Source: a virus
Strand: one strand, 5' to 3'
IMG/VR virus record: IMGVR_UViG_3300029790_000030
Coordinates: 1-37,559 of that record
DNA: 37,559 nt
Shown here: positions 25,508 to 32,886 of the stretch, in pieces
Layout: each line of letters opens with the position of its first letter
How positions within the stretch are numbered: position 1 is the stretch's first letter
Position numbers and translations under genes: made by a program
The notes under the pieces: generated by a model
Told to the model about the DNA's origin: nothing
The model's database searches: none
What the model saw: the letters and a program-made list of their open reading frames with translations, nothing else

Positions 25508-26608
25508 ATGAATACACCAAGTGAAGCCACACGGCAAGAGAAAGTAATGGATCCCTCCAAGTCCACCGAGCTGGCTGTCAGCCTGGACAATCTGGCCCTG
25601 GAAGCCCAGCAGGCATTGAGCTGCAAGGGCAGCTTTGAAAAGGCCATCAACATGGGCATTGCCATGAACCGGCTGCGCGACGCCCTGACTCCCCCCATCA
25701 TGGAATCCATCATGAAGCTGAAAGGCTCCCAGCTCGGCTTCCGCACGGACGAGTGCGCAGCGACACAATACAAAGAAGGAGTGACCTATGGTGTGGATGC
25801 GGTCAGGGAATGCCTGATTGTGGCCACCTGCATGGGCCTTTCTCCGGTAGGTAATCAGTGGAATATCCTTGCCGGGCGCACGTATGTGACCAAGGAAGGC
25901 ATGACCTACCTGCTGAAGAACCTGGAAGGCCTGACCAATTTGAAGATGGTTTACCATCCCGCCGAAATCAAAGAGTCTTCCACTTCCGGCATCAGCAAGA
26001 GCGGGAAGGAGTACCAGAAGATTGAGCGGGAAGGTTTGGTGAGGGTCGATATGAGCTGGGAGTTCAAAGGAGTCCCGGATTCCGAAACTCTTGAGTTCTG
26101 TATCCGTGTAAATAACGGCATGAGCCAGGATGCCATTATTGGCAAGGCCGAGCGGAAGGCCAAGGCATGGCTTTATTCCCACCTGACCGACACGATTATT
26201 TCCGACGGCGAAGTGGAAGACGGACGGGAAATGCGGAATGCTACTCCGGAAGCCGGAACGCAGAAGCCGAAGGCCGGCAATCCTCTTGCGGGCGCCGCTG
26301 TACCTCCGCCAGTGGCGGCGGCAGCCAGGCAGGAAGAAAAGCCCCTTGAACCGGAAGTGGTTTCTTCGCCCACTCCTACTGATGATTTGAAGCTGGAGCC
26401 GGAATCTGCCGTGAGCGTGGCAGACCTGGAAAAACTGCTGCGTGACCACGGCGTGACGATGCCCCAGGTAGTGAATTTCTGCCGGGGCCGGCAGATTTAT
26501 TACGTGCAGGGAGCCAGCCGGGAAGAGACGTTCCCGCCCAAGACGCTGGAGTGGCTGGTGGCGAATTTCAACCAAGTAGTCGCCTGGGTGGGAGCCTCCG
26601 GGAAGTAA
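25508..26608 (+). CDS. RecT/Red-beta family single-strand annealing protein
   Basis: AVRECLIVATCMGLSPVGNQWNILAGRTYV...TKEGMTYLLKNLEGL parallels RecT SIVAAVLQAAQLGLEPGLLGQAYLLPF...GYRGMIDLARRSGQ. Located just before the exonuclease gene. Confidence 0.55.
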   Translation: MNTPSEATRQEKVMDPSKSTELAVSLDNLALEAQQALSCKGSFEKAINMGIAMNRLRDALTPPIMESIMKLKGSQLGFRTDECAATQYKEGVTYGVDAVRECLIVATCMGLSPVGNQWNILAGRTYVTKEGMTYLLKNLEGLTNLKMVYHPAEIKESSTSGISKSGKEYQKIEREGLVRVDMSWEFKGVPDSETLEFCIRVNNGMSQDAIIGKAERKAKAWLYSHLTDTIISDGEVEDGREMRNATPEAGTQKPKAGNPLAGAAVPPPVAAAARQEEKPLEPEVVSSPTPTDDLKLEPESAVSVADLEKLLRDHGVTMPQVVNFCRGRQIYYVQGASREETFPPKTLEWLVANFNQVVAWVGASGK

Positions 26609-26636
26609 GCATGCAGGATAGCAAGGATCTTTAGCT

Positions 26637-27581
26637 ATGAATGTTTTAGATTTATCGGGCTTTGCGACTTTCGGCGAGGCTTGTGGCCGGGTGGATAATC
26701 CGCAGGCGTACCACGATTCCAAGAAGGGGATTCCTCACTGTGTCTCCAAGTCCATGCTGACGGATTTCGCCCGGAATCCCTATAAATGGAAGTATCGGCA
26801 GGATGAAGGGATTGAGAAGGTTTCCCAGGGGTTCCGGTTTGGTTCCCTGGTGGATTGTCTGGCACTGACGCCGGATCAGTTCCAGAGTCAGTATCTCGTG
26901 GAAGAGTGGCTGCCGGGGGTGAATAAGAACGGCTCCGTGTCCAAGACGAAGCAGGACGACGGGCAAGCTGCCCGCTGGGCGGCGTTTGCCGACCGTGGGG
27001 GAGCCGTGCTGACGCCGGAAGAGTACGCAGAAGCGCAGAAGGCCGTGGGGATTTTCAATAATTACCTGCGAACCGAACATGGGCTGGTGCTGGGGGATTC
27101 GTTTGATTCCCAGGTGGCGATGTATAAGACGCTGCTCATTGAGTACGCACCGGACAAGCCTCCGGTTCCGATTACGATTACGGGGATGATTGATATCCTG
27201 CCTCACGATGAAGAGATGCCGATTATTGATATGAAGACGACTTCCACGCCCGTGGAGGATTCCGGTCTGATTGACCGGGATATGGCCCGCTACGGGTACG
27301 GCTGGCAGGCTGCCTTGTATTGCGATCTGTATGAAGCGATTTTCGGGATACGCCGGAATTTCATGTTTGTGTTCATGGAGTCGGCAGCTCCTTACTGCAT
27401 TTCCGAGGTGCGGATGGATCAGGAGGCCCTGGAGCATTACCGGGGGCAGTATATGGCCGCCCTGCGCCAGTACGCCGAGTGCGTGGCGACGGGGATTTAT
27501 CCGGGGGCTGTGGCCTTGCCGCGGTATTTCCGCATTCCGCGCTGGGAACTTAAAAAGGGATGGGAAGGAGGTGCGGCATGA
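26637..27581 (+). CDS. YqaJ/lambda-Exo-like PD-(D/E)xK recombination exonuclease
   Basis: GMIDILPHDEEMPIIDMKTTS carries the D...E.K catalytic triad arrangement typical of YqaJ-type nucleases. Confidence 0.6.
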   Translation: MNVLDLSGFATFGEACGRVDNPQAYHDSKKGIPHCVSKSMLTDFARNPYKWKYRQDEGIEKVSQGFRFGSLVDCLALTPDQFQSQYLVEEWLPGVNKNGSVSKTKQDDGQAARWAAFADRGGAVLTPEEYAEAQKAVGIFNNYLRTEHGLVLGDSFDSQVAMYKTLLIEYAPDKPPVPITITGMIDILPHDEEMPIIDMKTTSTPVEDSGLIDRDMARYGYGWQAALYCDLYEAIFGIRRNFMFVFMESAAPYCISEVRMDQEALEHYRGQYMAALRQYAECVATGIYPGAVALPRYFRIPRWELKKGWEGGAA

Positions 27582-27976
27582 TGACCACGCTGACCATTAC
27601 CTTGCCCCACACGCCGCGCTGCCTGTCTCCTAATGCCAAGGCCCCTCTCACGCAGAGGGGGGCCATTGTAGCCGGGTACAAAAAGACGGCTGCCAAGAGC
27701 CGCGCCCGGAATATAGCCTGGGGCAGGACTTGTGAAGCCCTGAATGGACGGAGGATGCAACCGACGCATTACCGGGTGGTCTGGTTTTTCAAGGGGCCGA
27801 AGCCGGACGCGGATAATTGCCTGGCGCGCTGCAAGGCGTATCTGGACGGGGCTTGCAAAGCCTTGGGCATTGACGACAGGACGCTGGATTGTGCCGGGAT
27901 TGACCGCGTGCATGATCTGGATAGGGCCGGACAGGTGGAAATCGTGTTTGAAAGGAGGGACGATGAAAACGCCTAA
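27578..27976 (+). CDS. rusA: RusA-family Holliday junction resolvase
   Basis: KGPKPDADNCLARCKAYLDGACKALGIDDRTLDCAG matches the RusA Asp-rich catalytic region. ATG overlaps the exonuclease stop. Confidence 0.55.
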   Translation: MMTTLTITLPHTPRCLSPNAKAPLTQRGAIVAGYKKTAAKSRARNIAWGRTCEALNGRRMQPTHYRVVWFFKGPKPDADNCLARCKAYLDGACKALGIDDRTLDCAGIDRVHDLDRAGQVEIVFERRDDENA

Positions 27977-28337
27977 ATGCCCGCTGTGCGGCACACCTTT
28001 GAAAGCCATACGAGGATATGATGTCCGAGGAATAACAACCGATTGGGTTGCTGGTTGCTACAACTGCTTCTTCCAGAGTTCCCATTTTTGGAAAACCAAG
28101 AAGGCATGTATTGAAGATATGGATAGGCTTGTTTCTTTGTTTCCTCCCATCATGAGGGTTTGGCCGGGGGACAAGTTGCAAGTAGAGGATGGAAGCATTT
28201 GTGAAGTGATAAACGTTAATAAAAATCTAGCAATGATGGACGTGAGGAGAGGTGAAGGAAGACCAGTATTCACGATTGCAGATACTCATGTCCTTAGATG
28301 GCCCTGGGAGATTGAGCAGAAAGGAGGCCAGCAATGA
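27963..28337 (+). CDS. Zinc-finger protein (CPLCG...CYNC), hypothetical
   Basis: Internal ATG of ORF 27744-28337, starting just before the RusA stop. Confidence 0.35.
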   Translation: MKTPKCPLCGTPLKAIRGYDVRGITTDWVAGCYNCFFQSSHFWKTKKACIEDMDRLVSLFPPIMRVWPGDKLQVEDGSICEVINVNKNLAMMDVRRGEGRPVFTIADTHVLRWPWEIEQKGGQQ

Positions 28338-28753
28338 TTAACATCCTCCTATCCGTCAGGCGGCCTTTCTCCGAGAAAATTTTGTCCGGGGAAAAGAAAT
28401 GGGAACTGCGTAAAAATGCGCCACGCCTCAACAAAGGCGGCTCCGTCACACTGTGGCTCTATGAATCCGGCCAGTACGGGACACGGGGCATCATCGGCAA
28501 GTGCCGTTTAGTTGCCACTGCTGGACTTCGACCATATCCCCCAAAGGGAATTTTAGAATGGACCATGAAGCAAGCTTGCGTGACGGAAGAGCACCTGCGG
28601 AATTACCTGCCTTGCTATGTCTGGGGCATCCAAGACCCCGTGAGGATTTCCACAGTGCCGCTCTCTGACATCGGCATGACCCGCCCGCCGCAGTCTTGGC
28701 AGTACCTTACTGACGAGCAAGCAGACATCTTAGAAAGGAGGGGGAGTGAATGA
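28334..28753 (+). CDS. ASCH-domain protein
   Basis: MINILLSVRRPFSEKILSGEKKWELRK matches the ASCH N-terminal consensus (SI+P.YA..Il.G.K..E.R+). Confidence 0.55.
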   Translation: MINILLSVRRPFSEKILSGEKKWELRKNAPRLNKGGSVTLWLYESGQYGTRGIIGKCRLVATAGLRPYPPKGILEWTMKQACVTEEHLRNYLPCYVWGIQDPVRISTVPLSDIGMTRPPQSWQYLTDEQADILERRGSE

Positions 28754-29525
28754 GCTACATCTTTTCGCGGGCGCTGGTGGAGGAATACTTGGAAGCGAGC
28801 TGCTCGGATTCCGCACCGTCTGCGCCGTCGAGCTCGAACCCTGGTCCGCAAGCGTACTGCTCGCCCGACAGAATGACGGACTACTCCCGACTTTCCCGGT
28901 TTGGGATGACGTACGCACCTTTGACGGACGACCGTGGCGCGGCCTTGTTGACGTGGTATCTGGAGGCTTCCCGTGCCAGGACATTTCAGCCGCAGGAAAA
29001 GGTGCCGGCATTGACGGCGCCCGCTCCGGCCTCTGGCGGGAAATGCGCCGAATTATCAATGAAGTACGACCGGAATTCGCATTCCTGGAAAACTCACCTC
29101 TGCTTGTGGGAAGAGGACTTGCCAGAATCCTCGGTGACCTTGCCCGCATCGGGTATGATGCTGCATGGTGTGTGCTGGGAGCTGACGCCGTTGGATTACC
29201 CCATCGCCGCGCCAGATTATGGCTTCTTGCCCACGCCGCGGGCCTGCATAGGCACGCACGGCATAGCTTGGAGCCGCGCGGAACAAGGCAATCACAAATG
29301 CAACCTGGAAGATTACCTGGCATATCTCTATGTCAGGAGTGGAGGGAAGCGCGTCAGGGGGATGTGCGTGTCGGCGTCTTTCGTCGCCCTGATGATGGGG
29401 TGGCCCCAGAAGTGGACGAGCTTAAAGCCCTTGGCAACGGGCAAGTTCCTGCAGTGGCGGCAACTGCATTCCGGGTTTTACTCGAACGATTCACGAACTA
29501 CAACCCCCAACTGACGCTTTTTTGA
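28746..29525 (+). CDS. Compact DNA (cytosine-5) methyltransferase
   Basis: Motif I LFAGAGG, motif IV GFPCQDIS, motif VI FLENSP, motif VIII GLPHRRARLWLL, motif X LGNGQVPAVAATAF. The +1 frame (28750-29514) is also open along the whole gene; see finding. Confidence 0.6.
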   Translation: MNELHLFAGAGGGILGSELLGFRTVCAVELEPWSASVLLARQNDGLLPTFPVWDDVRTFDGRPWRGLVDVVSGGFPCQDISAAGKGAGIDGARSGLWREMRRIINEVRPEFAFLENSPLLVGRGLARILGDLARIGYDAAWCVLGADAVGLPHRRARLWLLAHAAGLHRHARHSLEPRGTRQSQMQPGRLPGISLCQEWREARQGDVRVGVFRRPDDGVAPEVDELKALGNGQVPAVAATAFRVLLERFTNYNPQLTLF

Positions 29526-29526
29526 T

Positions 29527-30279
29527 ATGCCTACACGATTGATCAGAGATGCTATTTTGACATCAGGGCGCGTCGCCTCTCTTTCGTGGGAGGCCGAGGT
29601 GTTCTACCGACGCCTGATGTCTGTGGCAGACGATTACGGCCTTTATGACGCCAGGACGCCCATTCTCCGTTCTGCGCTGTATCCTCTCCAACTCGACAAG
29701 ATGAGCGAGTGCAATATTCAACGCTGCCTCTCCGCGTGTGAGGCAGCGGGGCTTATTCTGCTTTATTCTCACAATGAGAAGCCATACTTGATGATTCTGG
29801 GGTTCGACCAGCAGGGGAAGTCCATGCCCAAATGGCCGCTTCCGAACGGTTACGAAGTGCTGAAAGTTTCTGACAAGAAATACGAATTGCGGAAACTCGT
29901 AACAGGTCGTAACGATTCGCCTCAACCCGTTACTTATGCGAATGCGTATTCGGAGACGGAGACGAAGACGGATGCGAATGCGAAGAAATTACCTGTAAGC
30001 CGAGGCATAGAGCAGTTCCCGTGGAACGCGGAGGATGTGCGGCTTTTCATGGCGGCCCAGCTTATGGCTCCCAAGGGAGACGAGTTGAAACGGTGCGCAG
30101 AGTCGTTTTTTGATGATTTCAGCGCCCGTGGATGGCGGGACAGCAAGGGGATTCCTCTTGCCGATTGGAAGCCGGCAGCCCGGAAGTATGCCCGTTCCTG
30201 GGTCACGAATAATGCGCAGCGGGGACATCAAGGTTCGTCTGGGCGGAATGACGCCAACGCGGGAAGGAGGTACGAATGA
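29527..30279 (+). CDS. Putative replication initiator/replisome organiser
   Basis: 250 aa located immediately upstream of, and overlapping, the DnaC-like loader gene. No decisive motif. Confidence 0.35.
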   Translation: MPTRLIRDAILTSGRVASLSWEAEVFYRRLMSVADDYGLYDARTPILRSALYPLQLDKMSECNIQRCLSACEAAGLILLYSHNEKPYLMILGFDQQGKSMPKWPLPNGYEVLKVSDKKYELRKLVTGRNDSPQPVTYANAYSETETKTDANAKKLPVSRGIEQFPWNAEDVRLFMAAQLMAPKGDELKRCAESFFDDFSARGWRDSKGIPLADWKPAARKYARSWVTNNAQRGHQGSSGRNDANAGRRYE

Positions 30280-30902
30280 TGGATGATATTCAACGTTTGG
30301 CCGGGCAGGTTTCCGTGATGCCTTCCCAGGACGGGATTGTCCGCAGTTACAAGCCGGTACGGTACGATATGGGCGGGTTTGACGAGTCCGTTCACCCGGA
30401 GGTGCAGGCCATGCACCAGGAAGTGCAGTGGTTTATTAACGATATCGTTAATAAGGTTCGTCCGCGCCGCTGGCTGTCCCTGCTGGGGGCTTCCGGGGTG
30501 GGCAAGACGCATCTGGCGGAGGCTGCCAGGGATGCGCTGACTAAATCACGCCCCACGTTGCCCATTCAGCTTTGGAAGTGGCAGAAGGTGGTTTCCATGC
30601 TTCGTTCCGGGGATTGGGCGTTTATTGAATATTTGGTTAAAGAGGTGTACGTGCTGATTCTGGATGATATTGGCGCGGAGAATACTTCCCCCGCTATTCT
30701 TTCCGCCCTGAACCGTGTTGTCGATGGGCGGCTGGGGAAATGGACGATGCTCACGTCTAACCTGCTGCCGGACAATATCAGGGAGACCTTGGACGCCCGG
30801 ATTGCCTCACGACTCTACCGCGGCAATAACGTGGTGTGCCGGGTCAAGGATGCGCCGGATTATTGTTTTGAACGGTATATGAGAAGGGAGGAAGGGAGAT
30901 GA
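30276..30902 (+). CDS. DnaC/IstB-like AAA+ helicase loader
   Basis: Walker A GASGVGKTHLA and Walker B VLILDDIG. Confidence 0.65.
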   Translation: MMDDIQRLAGQVSVMPSQDGIVRSYKPVRYDMGGFDESVHPEVQAMHQEVQWFINDIVNKVRPRRWLSLLGASGVGKTHLAEAARDALTKSRPTLPIQLWKWQKVVSMLRSGDWAFIEYLVKEVYVLILDDIGAENTSPAILSALNRVVDGRLGKWTMLTSNLLPDNIRETLDARIASRLYRGNNVVCRVKDAPDYCFERYMRREEGR

Positions 30903-31207
30903 AACAGTCAGAGTTAAAATTGATGTCCATCATGTCCGCAGCATTTTCACGGCTGAAAATGTCTCCGGTTCAGATCGCTATTCTTTCCTGTATCGGTCTT
31001 AATCCCGGCATTCGGTTCGGAGAAATTGCCAACCGCGTATCTGTGTCTTCCAGCCGTTTGTGCTTTCATCTGAATACCCTTTGCGGTGCAGGAGACGTTT
31101 CTACCTCCCAATATGGAGGCAGATTCAAAAAAGGTTATTTCCTCACGGCACAAGGGCGTAAACGCTTGGAAGACGCTATCACACGAACGATGAAAGATCA
31201 TGCCTAA
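30899..31207 (+). CDS. Winged-helix transcriptional regulator
   Basis: PVQIAILSCIGLNPGIRFGEIANRVSVSSSRLCFHLNTL has an HTH/wing pattern. Confidence 0.4.
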   Translation: MKQSELKLMSIMSAAFSRLKMSPVQIAILSCIGLNPGIRFGEIANRVSVSSSRLCFHLNTLCGAGDVSTSQYGGRFKKGYFLTAQGRKRLEDAITRTMKDHA

Positions 31208-31796
31208 GAGAGATAAAACATCTATTGCCACAGAGAAGAAGAAGGAGTTTGCGAGGCTCTTGGTTGAGTCAAAATTGTCCAAGGCGGACGCTTATCGTAA
31301 GGCCTACAATCGCAAGGATATGAGTAATGACGCAGCCAGCAAGGCGGCATCCCGTTTGTCCAAGGATGGCGAAGTTTTGCGAATGATTGACGAATTGAAT
31401 GCCCAGTTGGACAGATCAGCGATTGCCACCAAGCAGGAATGCCTTGAATTTCTTACTGCTGTGTTGCGTACACCAATTGGAGAAGTGGGCGAAGATTCTC
31501 CTTTATGCCAGGAGGTTGCCTACACGGATTCAGGGATGCGCAAGAAGATGCCCGGCAAGATTGAGGCGGTGAGGGAACTTTCCAAGCTGGCCGGTTACAA
31601 TGAACCGGAACCGGTGGATGTACCAGGGCTTTCAAAGATTGCCGCAGTACTTGCCGGAACGAAACAGGAGCATCTTGTACATCCTGATAATGGCAAAGCC
31701 GCTCCAATTGAGTTTGATAGTGAGGAGGAAGCATCGGAAGACAAGGAACGCCGCCCAGGGTTACTAGACGGCGTGGGAAATGAACCGTTGGTTTAA
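31200..31796 (+). CDS. Terminase small subunit (Terminase_2-like)
   Basis: EKKKEFARLLVESKLSKADAYRKAYNRKDMSNDAASKAASRLSKDGEVLRMIDEL resembles the terS N-terminal HTH consensus. Confidence 0.5.
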   Translation: MPKRDKTSIATEKKKEFARLLVESKLSKADAYRKAYNRKDMSNDAASKAASRLSKDGEVLRMIDELNAQLDRSAIATKQECLEFLTAVLRTPIGEVGEDSPLCQEVAYTDSGMRKKMPGKIEAVRELSKLAGYNEPEPVDVPGLSKIAAVLAGTKQEHLVHPDNGKAAPIEFDSEEEASEDKERRPGLLDGVGNEPLV

Positions 31797-32767
31797 AGTT
31801 CTATTTCACACGATTCCAGACTTGGGTTGCCCTTTAACTTCATTTCGTTTTGAATAAATTGAATTTTATCTTCTGATATTTTTTCAATTTGCTCGTTTTT
31901 TTCAAACAATCCTTTATCTAAAAGATATTCTACTACTTTATTATAATTTAACAATCTACCTAAAGAATGCAATATTTGCCAATCTTCACCTAAAAAACTG
32001 TATTTTAGTATCTCCAAGTGTTCCATTTTTTGTTCAATATTTAAATTTTTGTTTTTAATTATAAATAATATAAGATTATATAAAGAATCAACCCAAGGTC
32101 TTATCATATTGACTTGCAAGATAAGAATATCAAAATTCAAAAAACCATTATTTTTAATAGTTGCATATACTTCACGCGACATATCCAGTGTATACACAAA
32201 GAATTTTTCCCTCTTTTTCCTTTCAATATCAGAAATAACCGATTCTATATGTAATTCCACCCTACTTAAATTAACATATAACATATTAATTGCATCTCTT
32301 CCGCTATCTCCGTAAATTTGGATTTCATCTTGAAGTCTTCTGATAATAGGAATCTGGTTGTAGAAAAAACTCTCAAACTGTTGAATTTTCATCAACTTAT
32401 TTTGAAGTTCAAATTCATTAGCCTGTCTTTCCTGCTCCCTGCATTGAGCCTTCAATTCCCTGCGTTGCAAACTCAATTCTCTTCTTTGAAGTTGAAGTTC
32501 TAAACGCTGCTGATGAAGAGCATAAATGAAACAAATGAAAGCGAATCCGGAAAACAAGGCATTTAAACCTCCGTACATATCACCACTGATTCCGAAACGA
32601 GAGGTTTCTGGAAAATTGATTCCTTCAAACAACCTGTCCGCTATACTAAGACTTCCCCATGTGATGAAGGGCCATGCAATGAAAAGTACGGAGACAATGA
32701 TGAGCAAGCCATACATACAATTCCGCTTTGAAGGTTTCTTTTTCGGAGAAGATTCTTGATCTGCCAT
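31793..32767 (-). CDS. AT-rich moron: two-TM membrane protein with long coiled coil
   Basis: 324 aa, antisense to the flanking late genes. Two N-terminal hydrophobic helices, then QQRLELQLQRRELSLQRRELKAQCREQERQ heptad-like repeats. Composition is strongly AT-biased relative to its neighbours. Confidence 0.5.
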   Translation of the reverse strand: MADQESSPKKKPSKRNCMYGLLIIVSVLFIAWPFITWGSLSIADRLFEGINFPETSRFGISGDMYGGLNALFSGFAFICFIYALHQQRLELQLQRRELSLQRRELKAQCREQERQANEFELQNKLMKIQQFESFFYNQIPIIRRLQDEIQIYGDSGRDAINMLYVNLSRVELHIESVISDIERKKREKFFVYTLDMSREVYATIKNNGFLNFDILILQVNMIRPWVDSLYNLILFIIKNKNLNIEQKMEHLEILKYSFLGEDWQILHSLGRLLNYNKVVEYLLDKGLFEKNEQIEKISEDKIQFIQNEMKLKGNPSLESCEIEL

Positions 32768-32830
32768 AGAGGAAAATATAATCCCTTCATATCCCGATTG
32801 TCAAAGTATTTCACCAATCTAACCATACAG

Positions 32831-32858
32831 ATTTAGTCAAGTTACGGTTGTATTCATC
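32831..32858 (+). promoter_or_regulatory. Second copy of the 28-bp element (atttagtcaagttacggttgtattcatc)
   Basis: 26/28 identical to 4041-4068; ends 28 nt upstream of the gp12-like ATG. Confidence 0.5.
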
Positions 32859-32886
32859 CTTCGTTACTTTGTTGTAATGATGGTAC

